Assembly: GCA_965223845.1 (NCBI GenBank) | Contig: CBDCXR010000004.1 | Coordinates: forward strand, 7,520,001-7,584,000 | Origin: Planctomycetota bacterium | GTDB lineage: Bacteria; Planctomycetota; UBA8108; SXIK01 | Direction: 5' to 3' | Length of the DNA stretch: 64,000 bases | Part shown: piece by piece, positions 28,269 to 37,038 of the stretch | Position numbering within the stretch: position 1 is the first letter of the stretch | How the letters are laid out: every line of letters begins with the position of its first letter | Made by a program: the position numbers and the translations under genes | Notes under the pieces: model-generated | The model's database searches: none | What the model saw: only the letters and a program-made list of their open reading frames with translations | Told to the model about the DNA's origin: nothing

Positions 28269-30013
28269 CGGTCGCGCGTGCGCCTCGACGGAGTCGGTCG
28301 CGTCCGTCGATGCGTCGTCTAGTCGCGAGCGCCCTCGTCGCCCTCGTCGCCCTCGCGTCGTCGATCGGTGCTGCCGGCGTCTTCGCGCAAGAGGAAGAGG
28401 AGAGCGAGGACGAGCGTCTCGTGCGACTCGATCCGGAGTGGATGGGCGACGCGGCCGGAGTCGAGGACGACGAGAGCGAGTCCGCCTACGACGAAGAGCT
28501 CGACGGCGCGGACGACGGGCCCTCGCTCTGGGAACGGATGCGAGACGATCCGACTCTCGGCGGGAAGCTCCATCTCACGTACCGAATCAGCTACCGCGCG
28601 CAGCTCTACGATTTCGGGCGCTACCGCTTCCCGTTCGACCCCGTCACGGACGACGACCGCGAGCAGGCGCGACAGCTTCGCCGCCTCCGCCGGGACGAAC
28701 GGAGCGATCAGGACATCGACCAGTACTTCGCGCTTCGCGCCACGGATCTCTTCGTTCCGTGGGAAGAGGCGAATCTCATTCAGTCGACGCGCTTCGAGAC
28801 CTCGTTTCGCTACTTTAAGGACATCGACGGCTCGGGGGCCGGATCCGAGGGACTCGATGGCTACGACCGACTCAGCGATCGCGACGCCCTTCAGCTTTAC
28901 AAGCTTTTCGCCCGCGTCGAGACCTTCGACCGGCACCTCGAGATCACCGCGGGGCGCCAGCAGGCGCGACACTCCGAGTGGGTGCACTTCGACGGGGTCG
29001 CCGCCCGATTCCGCGGTTTGGCCGTGCTCGAACGCGAAGTCGAGCTCGACGGTTTCGTGGGCAGTCGCGTGCGCTTCTATCGGCGCGCGAGCGCGGCGCG
29101 CGATCTCATCGCGGGCGGAAGCGCTACGGTGAGCTTCAGCGACGCGACGACGCTGCGGCTTTCCGACGTCTACTACCTCTACAACACCTTCGAAGGAGAG
29201 CTGCGGCAGACCCTGCCCGATCTCGGCTGGCTCGCCTTCCGTTACCGCCAGATCGGAAGCGAGCCGCACTCGATCGGAGCCGACGGGTTCTTCGAGTGGC
29301 CGTCGACCCGCTGGACGCTGCACGCTCGCTACCTCGGTAAGGTGTCTGACATCGAGGACGACGTCTTTTTCGACTACACCCAGTCCACTCGCGGCCGCTC
29401 GACCGGCGGCGCCGAGGAGCACTTTCACCTCGGTGGCCAGTCGCCCTACGACGAATTCTTCATCGAGGCGCGAAAGGGACTCTTCGAGCACTACGGCGTC
29501 TTGCTCGGCGCCACGGCGCATCTCGTTCGCGACGACGAGGACCGGTTCAACAGCGATTGGTTTGAGGTTTGGCTCGGCGCCGATGTCTCGGATGTTCCCT
29601 GGCGGGGGTTTTCCGGGCACGCCACGATTCGCTACGTCGACACCGACCTTCCGCGGCGCGTCGTCCGCCTCGATGCGACCGCGCTCGAAAACGCGCTCCC
29701 CGACTTTCGGCCGGAAGATCTCGCGGGCGACGGCGAGCCGAGCTTTCTCGGCTTCGAGCTCCTCGCCGAGCAGGACTTCGAGCGCGTCGTCGCTGTCGGC
29801 GGCACGGTCGTCATTCGCAGCTACGAATACCGCAGTCACTTTGCGAGAATCGAGGACCTGAGCGCGGTGGCACTCGGTGGGTACGTGCGCTGGCGCGCGA
29901 CCGAGCGCAGCCGCTGGGAGCTGCGCTACGATTACGATCGGGACGACCGGTTTGTCGCGCCCGGGATCGATGGCGTTCACACCGTTCGCGCGCAGTTCAC
30001 TTACCGCTGGTGA
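28265..30013 (+). CDS. Outer-membrane beta-barrel, putative cytochrome-associated porin
   Basis: Signal peptide, alternating aromatic/polar strands, C-terminal beta-signal VRAQFTYRW. ATGA overlap with the cytochrome gene. Confidence 0.75.
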   Translation: MTVARAPRRSRSRPSMRRLVASALVALVALASSIGAAGVFAQEEEESEDERLVRLDPEWMGDAAGVEDDESESAYDEELDGADDGPSLWERMRDDPTLGGKLHLTYRISYRAQLYDFGRYRFPFDPVTDDDREQARQLRRLRRDERSDQDIDQYFALRATDLFVPWEEANLIQSTRFETSFRYFKDIDGSGAGSEGLDGYDRLSDRDALQLYKLFARVETFDRHLEITAGRQQARHSEWVHFDGVAARFRGLAVLEREVELDGFVGSRVRFYRRASAARDLIAGGSATVSFSDATTLRLSDVYYLYNTFEGELRQTLPDLGWLAFRYRQIGSEPHSIGADGFFEWPSTRWTLHARYLGKVSDIEDDVFFDYTQSTRGRSTGGAEEHFHLGGQSPYDEFFIEARKGLFEHYGVLLGATAHLVRDDEDRFNSDWFEVWLGADVSDVPWRGFSGHATIRYVDTDLPRRVVRLDATALENALPDFRPEDLAGDGEPSFLGFELLAEQDFERVVAVGGTVVIRSYEYRSHFARIEDLSAVALGGYVRWRATERSRWELRYDYDRDDRFVAPGIDGVHTVRAQFTYRW

Positions 30014-30023
30014 TCCTTCCGCC

Positions 30024-30704
30024 ATGGTTTCGTTCTCGATCGACGAGCGGCGCAGTTTTCTCGCCGATCAGACCGTGTTCGGCTCGGCCGGCGAGGTAGC
30101 CCTGCAGCGTCTCGCCGAAATCGCGCGCGTACGGGCACTGCGAGCGAACGAGCAGCTCTTCTCGATGGGGCAGAGGTGTGACGCGCTCTACTTCGTCGTC
30201 GCCGGGACCGGGCGACTCGTCCAGACCGCGCGGGGCGGCCGGCAGCGGATCCTCCATCGAGCGACGGCCGGCGACATGGTCGCGGCCGTCCCCTTCTTTG
30301 ATGGGAAGGGCTACCCGGCGACGTTCGTCGCGGAGGAGGACGCGCTCGTCGTCGAGCTACCTCGCGACGGTCTCCTCGACCTCGTCCAAAACGACCCGCG
30401 GGTCGCACTGTCGATTCTTGGCGGTCTCGTCGGCCGACTCCGCAAGATGACCCAGCTCGTCGCCCAAATGTCCTTCGAGGACACGACGCACCGACTCTGG
30501 GATTACCTGATGCGGGAGTCCGAGCCGGAGGTGCCGGGCAAAGAGTTTCCGCGGGCGGTCGACCCGGTCGCGACGCGCGAGAGCATCGCGCAGGCGATCG
30601 GGACGGTGCGAGAGGTGGTCTCCCGGCGGTTGTCGGCCTTGGTCGCGAGCGGACATCTCCGCGTCGAGGGGAGGAGAGTTCTCCTCCTCCGGCCGTTCCG
30701 CTAG
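30024..30704 (+). CDS. Crp/Fnr family regulator (HcpR/DNR-like, no FNR cysteines)
   Basis: cNMP-type beta domain with YPATFVA; HTH TRESIAQAIGTVREVVSR; only one Cys. Confidence 0.9.
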   Translation: MVSFSIDERRSFLADQTVFGSAGEVALQRLAEIARVRALRANEQLFSMGQRCDALYFVVAGTGRLVQTARGGRQRILHRATAGDMVAAVPFFDGKGYPATFVAEEDALVVELPRDGLLDLVQNDPRVALSILGGLVGRLRKMTQLVAQMSFEDTTHRLWDYLMRESEPEVPGKEFPRAVDPVATRESIAQAIGTVREVVSRRLSALVASGHLRVEGRRVLLLRPFR

Positions 30705-30731
30705 ATTGGGTCCCCGCCGCCCCGCTCGGAG

Positions 30732-31160
30732 TCAATCCCCGGCGCCGAGATCGAGGTCGTACGCGCGGTGGAGCAGGTCGTTCTCCGCGCTCTCGTGCTT
30801 CTCGAAGGATTCAATCAGACGGTGGAGGCCCTGGGCGAGAGCATCCGCGTCCGTGTCGGACCCGGTGATCCCCTGGGCGAGCCGGTCGAGATCCGCGAGC
30901 AGTCCCTGGTGCTGAGACTCGAGGTTTCTCACCTCAGCGTGAGCCCCCGGGATCCGGCGAACGATGTCGTCGAATAGACCGCTCTCCTCTTCGTGCTCGA
31001 AATGGCGGACCATCTGTTCGCGCAAGTCACGCAGGCTCTCCGTGACGTCTTTCGGCTCGGAGTCGTGCTCCTCGAGATCGTGCTCCGACTGCTTTACCGA
31101 TGCGATCGCGCGCTGCAACCGCCGGTTGTCGTCGAGAATCTTTCGCGCTGTCTCTTCCAT
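30732..31160 (-). CDS. Hemerythrin/HHE domain protein
   Basis: HFEHEE..LF, QH, HESAE in a four-helix pattern. Confidence 0.8.
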   Translation of the reverse strand: MEETARKILDDNRRLQRAIASVKQSEHDLEEHDSEPKDVTESLRDLREQMVRHFEHEEESGLFDDIVRRIPGAHAEVRNLESQHQGLLADLDRLAQGITGSDTDADALAQGLHRLIESFEKHESAENDLLHRAYDLDLGAGD

Positions 31161-31176
31161 CGCATCCTCGTCGCGT

Positions 31177-32223
31177 TCAGAAGGTGAAGATCAAATTGGA
31201 CGTAACCCGTCGCTTGAAGATGTCGTTTTTCGACTCGCGCTGGAGAGCGAATCCGTAGCCGAACCCGAAGCTCACGTGCTCGACGAAGTTCCAGCGAAAT
31301 CCTACGGTGGCCCAGTGCGCGGTGCTCCCGCGAACGTCGCTCGCGCCGAGGTTGCCGTAGTCGAGGAGACCGTCGCGCACGGGCAGCCGACTCCCGTTGC
31401 TCAGGTAAACGAAGCCGTGGTACTCGACGAGCGGAAAGAAGCCCTCGAGAAGCTCGTAGCTGACGTGGAGGTCCCAGCTGAGGGAGTCGTTGCCTTTTTC
31501 GTGGTGCGTGGTGATGCGGCCGACCCCGTTCGCCATGACGTGGAGGTCGCCGAACGCGCGGGCGCCGGTGAGAAAGATCGAGAGCTCGTCTTCCGTGCCT
31601 TGGGCGACGTCGCGAGAGCCGTTCGAGAGGCGCCAGCGGAGTCCGGTGGAAACGATCGTGAGTGTTTCGGGGTCGACGTAGAGCGCCCCTTTGAGGCCGG
31701 CGGCGATGTCGTTGTAGCCTTCCGCCTCGGGGAGGATCCCCGCCTCGAGGTCGGCGTGGCCGTCCGCCGTCGCGATGAATTGGAGGCGCTCGGCGAGCGC
31801 GAGTCGCGCCTGGACGGCGAGTACCGTAAGGTCGCCCCCGCGAAGGAGGCTCCCCTTGGGGAACTCGTGGTAGAGGAGGAGTGGGCGGAGGTCCGAGTTG
31901 ATGTACGGATCTTCGAAGTAGAGCGGCGATCCGATCGGACGAGGTGCTCGCTCGAACCCCTGGCGAAGACCCGTCAAGAATCCGGGCCAAAGGAGTGTCG
32001 GATCCGACTCGTCGGCGGCCGATTCGCTCGCGGACGCGGCATCTGGGGCGGACGCCGCCGCCCAGAGACTGAGTCGGAGGTCATCGGTGATCAGGCTCGG
32101 CGTCACGTCCCCGGCGCTCAACGGACCGACGGCTCCGCAGCACGCGACGAGGACCAGGCGCGCGGCGGAAGTGGTGTGGATCTTGTGCCACGGAAGACGA
32201 CGGAGCGGGACGCGATCGGACAT
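31177..32223 (-). CDS. Outer-membrane beta-barrel protein, unknown substrate
   Basis: Signal peptide, PIGSPLYFEDP motif, amphipathic strands, C-terminal NLIFTF. Confidence 0.7.
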   Translation of the reverse strand: MSDRVPLRRLPWHKIHTTSAARLVLVACCGAVGPLSAGDVTPSLITDDLRLSLWAAASAPDAASASESAADESDPTLLWPGFLTGLRQGFERAPRPIGSPLYFEDPYINSDLRPLLLYHEFPKGSLLRGGDLTVLAVQARLALAERLQFIATADGHADLEAGILPEAEGYNDIAAGLKGALYVDPETLTIVSTGLRWRLSNGSRDVAQGTEDELSIFLTGARAFGDLHVMANGVGRITTHHEKGNDSLSWDLHVSYELLEGFFPLVEYHGFVYLSNGSRLPVRDGLLDYGNLGASDVRGSTAHWATVGFRWNFVEHVSFGFGYGFALQRESKNDIFKRRVTSNLIFTF

Positions 32224-32300
32224 TCGGGCCTCCGGTTGGAGTAGCGAGCGGTGCCGTTGGACTGTATCTGCCCTGCCAGCTTGCCCCAGCGGGGTCGAAG

Positions 32301-32326
32301 TCCGCTGTGACTGAAGTCACAGCGGA
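32301..32326. promoter_or_regulatory. Crp/HcpR-type operator TGTGA-N6-TCACA within a 12-bp-arm palindrome
   Basis: TCCGCTGTGACT-GA-AGTCACAGCGGA, ~80 bp upstream of the minus-strand barrel/hemerythrin operon. Confidence 0.75.
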
Positions 32327-32484
32327 GTGCGTCCTCGGGCGGACTCCTGGGGGTACCGGCCAGGAACCGAACCCGGTAGAATCGACCGTTCGCGTGCGCG
32401 TCCGCGCGACGAGCCGGTCCCGGCGCCGTCTCGGCTGCCGATGCCGCGGTGCACGCGCGGATTTCCGATCTCGGAGCGAACAGG

Positions 32485-34500
32485 ATGACCAAGAAGAAAT
32501 CAGGATCGAAGAACCCTCAGCCGCAGCCGCAGCGAGAGCTCACTCTGAGCGAGAAGTGGACCCTGTGGCGTAAGAGAAACGAAAAGGTGCTCTGGGTAGT
32601 CCTTCTCGTTCTGATCGCGCCGCTCATGGCGTTCACGGTCCCCGTCGACCTGTTGAGTCGCAGCGATCCGTCCGTCGCCACGGTCTACGGCGAACCGGTC
32701 CTCAGCTCGGCTGTCCAGACGATCGACCGGCGCTTGAGTGCGGTTTCCCGCGTCGCGCCCGGTGCGTTCGCCGGCACGGCACAGCTGATCGGTGGGGGGA
32801 GGCGTCAGGATCCGTACGCGTACTACATCTTTCTCGAGACGGCCGAGCGACAGGGAATCCGCGTTTCCGACGAGGAGCTGAAGGAACGGATTCGCGAGAT
32901 TTGGCGCGCCGGCGAAGCGGCTCGCTTCGCCGCCGAATCGGCTGGCGGCAACCAGAGCGAGTGGTTCGGCAAGTACTCGCAGCGGCTGCAGGAATTGAAC
33001 GAGCAGGACGTCTTCGACGCGGCCGATTGGAAGGAAACGGTGCGGCAAACCCGACTTCCTCTCCACGTCCTTGAGGGCACACTGCGCGATCTCTACAAGC
33101 TCGCGAAGCTTCAAGCGTACGTCGCTGGCACGGTGAAGGTCTCCGCGAAGGAAGCTTACGAGGAATTTCTCAAGGGCGAAGAGAAGCGCCAGATTAGCTG
33201 GGCGGCGTTCAAGACTCCGGATGCCCTCCGAGAAAAAGTCGCGACCGAGATCGTGGACGAAGATCTGAAGGCTCACTTCGAGGCGAACGAGTACGAGTTC
33301 TACCAGCCCGCGGCGGTCCGGCCGTCGTACCTACTCGTCCCGAAGGATCACTTTCGCGCCGAGGCGGAGAAGGACTTGGCGCGGCCCGAGCTCGAAGAGT
33401 TCTACACCGAGAATCGCAATGAATACCGAAAGCCGGTGATCTTGAGCGATGAAGGCGGGTTCGCGCTGCGCACGCGCGAAGAGCAGGCCGCGCTCGACGC
33501 CAAGATCTATCAACCTCTTTCCGAGGTGGAGGAAGAGGTGACGGAAAAGTTCCTCGACGACAAGGCCGCAGAGCTTCTCACCGCGTTCACGCGGCAGCTG
33601 CGCGGCCGATTGTTCCCGCCGGCGGCCGGGGAGAAGAAACCTGCGACCCCCGAAGAGCTCGTAAAGGAGTTCCCGTTCCTCCAGACCGGGGTCACGGGGT
33701 ACGCGACGCAAGCGGACGCCGAGGAAGTGCTGGGCGAGCTCTACACCTCGCAGGTCGAGCAGTGGTTTCGCGATCTCGCTCCGAAGCCGGGCGAAGCGCC
33801 GAAAACGGAGATCTCTCCTCGGCGATGGAGTGAGTCGGTCGACGGCGGCGAGCTCTTCTACACCTCGGTCGAGCTGCGAACTGCCCGACAGCCGCGGTTC
33901 GACGAAGTGACGGAGGAGGTCAGAGAGTCTCTCGTCGACGAAAGAGCGCGAACCGCCGTCGTCGACGCTCTCCGAGAGGCGACGGCCGACCTCGCCGGGG
34001 ATGCCGCAAAGCAAAAGGTCGACGCGATCATCGCGGACGGAATCGAGGTGGCGGTCGGTGAGGCGAAGTTCTCGGTCAAGGCGACCGGCGGCTTCGTTCC
34101 GGCGACGGAGAAGATCGGTAAGTTCGGTCTGGTTCGGTTCGAGAATCCGGAATCCACCGACTCGAGCAGCTCCGGCGTTGACGGAGCTCCCGCGGGCGAG
34201 CGCCATCCGGCGTCGACGACGATTCGGACCGCCGGATTCGAGCCGAGCGAGATCGGCGGCTTTGGAGTGGGAGCCGACGACAACGAGGACGAGTGCTACC
34301 TCGTTCGCTTCGACGAGAGGGAGGCCCCGGAGCCGAAGGACTTCGAGCGAGACGAACCGCGCTACCGGAATCAGCTTCGACGCGAGCGCGAGACGAATTA
34401 CTTCACCGAGTGGAAACGCGATACGATCCGCCGCGCCGATCCTTCGACGGAGGACGCCCTGGAGCCGGTCGACGGTGTGACCACGACCGCCGCCGGGTAG
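32485..34500 (+). CDS. Membrane-anchored periplasmic chaperone, PpiD/SurA-like
   Basis: N-terminal TM (VLWVVLLVLIAPLMAF), VATVYGEPV, GIRVSDEEL, LEEFY..NEY, LSEVEEEV repeats. Confidence 0.65.
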   Translation: MTKKKSGSKNPQPQPQRELTLSEKWTLWRKRNEKVLWVVLLVLIAPLMAFTVPVDLLSRSDPSVATVYGEPVLSSAVQTIDRRLSAVSRVAPGAFAGTAQLIGGGRRQDPYAYYIFLETAERQGIRVSDEELKERIREIWRAGEAARFAAESAGGNQSEWFGKYSQRLQELNEQDVFDAADWKETVRQTRLPLHVLEGTLRDLYKLAKLQAYVAGTVKVSAKEAYEEFLKGEEKRQISWAAFKTPDALREKVATEIVDEDLKAHFEANEYEFYQPAAVRPSYLLVPKDHFRAEAEKDLARPELEEFYTENRNEYRKPVILSDEGGFALRTREEQAALDAKIYQPLSEVEEEVTEKFLDDKAAELLTAFTRQLRGRLFPPAAGEKKPATPEELVKEFPFLQTGVTGYATQADAEEVLGELYTSQVEQWFRDLAPKPGEAPKTEISPRRWSESVDGGELFYTSVELRTARQPRFDEVTEEVRESLVDERARTAVVDALREATADLAGDAAKQKVDAIIADGIEVAVGEAKFSVKATGGFVPATEKIGKFGLVRFENPESTDSSSSGVDGAPAGERHPASTTIRTAGFEPSEIGGFGVGADDNEDECYLVRFDEREAPEPKDFERDEPRYRNQLRRERETNYFTEWKRDTIRRADPSTEDALEPVDGVTTTAAG

Positions 34501-34567
34501 GCGCAGCGTTCTCAGTGCCGGCGCGGGAGGCTAGCCCCGGAACGAGCGGAACGCGGTCGATCTGGGA

Positions 34568-35701
34568 CTAGCTCCACCGCGAGAGAATCGCTTCGATCGC
34601 GCGCTCGATGTCGTCCGCACACCTGCGGTACGTCGACAAATCGCCGCCGACCGGATCGCTGATCCCATCCTCGCTGATGAGATGGAACCGTTCGCCCAGG
34701 TGCGGCGCCATCTGGTGGAGCACGTAGAGGTTCGAGGCGCTGAGCGCGTAGACGCGGTCGACGCTCTCGAGTAACTCGGGCGTCACTTGCCGGGTGCGAT
34801 GGCCGTCGAGATGAAGACGCTCGCCGCGGAGCTCGCCGCGTTCGGCGACCACCGTCGCCGAATGCTCGCTCGCGCGGCCGCCGGGGAACGCGAAGGTTCC
34901 CGCGGACGAGATCTCGTACCCGAGCTCGGCGAGCTCGTCCGCGCTCTTCTCGAGCTTGAGCGCGAGGTGCTTGCGATAGAGAGCCTCCGCCATCGGGCTC
35001 CGGCAGGTGTTGCCGGTGCAAGCGAAGAGGATGCGCCGCCCTTCGATGAGCTGGTGGACGTTCTCCCGCGTGATGATCCCTTCGCGAAGAATGTGAAATC
35101 CGCTCGCGTCGACTTTGACGACGGTCGAGGCCTGCTTGAGGAGGACCTCGCCGGCGTCGACGAGAGCATCGAGGCGATCTCCGAAGTACACTTCGACCTC
35201 GTCGGCGGTCGTTGCCGGAGGTTCTCCGGCGGGATTCGCACTCGGGACGAAGAGCGGCCCGCCGGCGCGCTCGATGAGGCGGCGCGCGATCGCATCGGCG
35301 GGAACGCGGATCCCGACGGTCCGCCCGGGTTCGGCATCGGTCGGCGCGTCGAGGACCAGCGTGAGCGGACCCGGCCAGTATCGGTCGGCCAAGGCTCGGG
35401 CGGCTGGCGGAACTTCGCCGACGAGATCTCCGAGTTGATCCGGGTGCGCCAGGTGAAAGCTGAACGGCTTGTCGCTCGGGCGCTCCTTCAGCGTCTCGAG
35501 TCGCTCGACCGCCTCGCGCAGATCGGCCCGAGCGCCGATCCCGTAAACCGTCTCCGTGGGGAACGCGACGACGCCGCCGCCCTCGAGGCACGCACCGGCT
35601 TCCTCGACCGCTCGCTCCGCCTCGGTCGTCAGCTCGTCGCGAGCTTGGCTGTCGTTCCCTGTCGAGGACGGGGCTCTGGGGGCGGACAAGCGGCGCGCCA
35701 T
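34568..35701 (-). CDS. tsaC: TsaC/Sua5 threonylcarbamoyl-AMP synthase fused to LMW (YwlE-like) phosphatase
   Basis: FPTETVYG, KERP, WPGPLT, SAN; C-terminal CTGNTCRS and ISDPVG. Confidence 0.88.
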   Translation of the reverse strand: MARRLSAPRAPSSTGNDSQARDELTTEAERAVEEAGACLEGGGVVAFPTETVYGIGARADLREAVERLETLKERPSDKPFSFHLAHPDQLGDLVGEVPPAARALADRYWPGPLTLVLDAPTDAEPGRTVGIRVPADAIARRLIERAGGPLFVPSANPAGEPPATTADEVEVYFGDRLDALVDAGEVLLKQASTVVKVDASGFHILREGIITRENVHQLIEGRRILFACTGNTCRSPMAEALYRKHLALKLEKSADELAELGYEISSAGTFAFPGGRASEHSATVVAERGELRGERLHLDGHRTRQVTPELLESVDRVYALSASNLYVLHQMAPHLGERFHLISEDGISDPVGGDLSTYRRCADDIERAIEAILSRWS

Positions 35702-36046
35702 TCGCACTCCGGTGCGGCGTCGGCCGCGTTGGGTCGAGCTCGAGAACGCCGCGGTCGAGGTCGCGCCTCTCCGGCGCTGGCGCGGCGAGCGGGTCGGTCC
35801 TCGCCGCTCGGAGAATCCGTCTAGCGAGCGGGAGAATCGTTGGCGTTCAGAGGAGTCGATCGTCGATCAAGCAAGTACGGGAAGGAGAGAGAATACCACT
35901 CGATCGGATGCGCTTCAACGCAAGGATGCTGCGGGGTACCGGCTGTCGACCGGATCGAGTATCCTCGCCCGGTCGCGCGCCTCGGGCGGGCGCACGCCGC
36001 GCCCCGGCGCCGCCACTGCTTCCCACTTCAGCCAGGATCTCGGACC

Positions 36047-36970
36047 ATGTCGCTACTCGTTGTCGGCTCGGTTGCGTACGACACGATCAAAACTCCGCAC
36101 GGTGAAGTGCGCGACGCGCTCGGCGGTTCCGCCGTCTACTTCTCGCTCGCCGCGCGCCACTTCCTTCCGGTGCGACTCGTCGGAGTCGTCGGCGACGACT
36201 TCGCCCGCCGCGACCACGCCTACCTCGCCGATCGCGATGTCGATCTCGCGGGGCTCGAGGTCATCTCAGGCGGACGGACCTTTCGGTGGGAAGGCGAGTA
36301 CTCGCCGGACATGAACGACCGGGAGACGCTGTCGGTCGAGCTCAATGTGTTCGAGGACTTCGCGCCGAAGATCCCGGCGGAGTTCCGCGATTCCCGCTAC
36401 GTGTTTCTCGCGAACGGATCGCCGGTCACTCAGCTGAGCGTGCTCGATCAGATCGAACGTCCTGCCTTCGTGATGGCCGATACGATGGATCTCTGGATCC
36501 AGACGCAGCAGCGCGATCTCCGCCAGCTCCTCGAGCGGGTCGACGGGCTGCTCCTCAACGACTCGGAAGCGCACCTTCTGACCGACAAGCCGAACATCCT
36601 CGAAGCCGGCAGGGCGATCCTCGCGATGGGACCGCGGCGCGTCGTCGTCAAGAAGGGCGAGCACGGCGCGATCCTGTTCGCGGACGACCAGATCGTTCCT
36701 CTTCCCGCCTACCCCGTACTCGGCGTCCGCGACCCGACGGGCGCGGGCGACAGCTTCGCGGGCGCGCTGATGGGACACCTCGCGCGCAGCGACGACGTCG
36801 CCGAAGACTCATTCAAACGGTCGCTCGCCCACGGGACGGTCGTCGCGTCGGTGACCGTCGAGGACTTCGGGATTCACCGCCTCGGAACGGTGGAACCGAA
36901 CGAGATCGGGGAGCGGTACGAGCAGTTCCGCCGCTTCCTCCGCATCGAAGAAACAAATCCCGCTGCCTGA
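36047..36970 (+). CDS. PfkB-family carbohydrate/nucleoside kinase
   Basis: GSVAYD, LGGSA, VKKGEHG, DPTGAGDSFAG. Confidence 0.9.
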   Translation: MSLLVVGSVAYDTIKTPHGEVRDALGGSAVYFSLAARHFLPVRLVGVVGDDFARRDHAYLADRDVDLAGLEVISGGRTFRWEGEYSPDMNDRETLSVELNVFEDFAPKIPAEFRDSRYVFLANGSPVTQLSVLDQIERPAFVMADTMDLWIQTQQRDLRQLLERVDGLLLNDSEAHLLTDKPNILEAGRAILAMGPRRVVVKKGEHGAILFADDQIVPLPAYPVLGVRDPTGAGDSFAGALMGHLARSDDVAEDSFKRSLAHGTVVASVTVEDFGIHRLGTVEPNEIGERYEQFRRFLRIEETNPAA

Positions 36971-37038
36971 GCTGAGTTGGCCCGGAGACTGAGAGAGCCG
37001 CCGCGAACCGGTCGCGACCGAGGCGGCGGTACGGAGCG

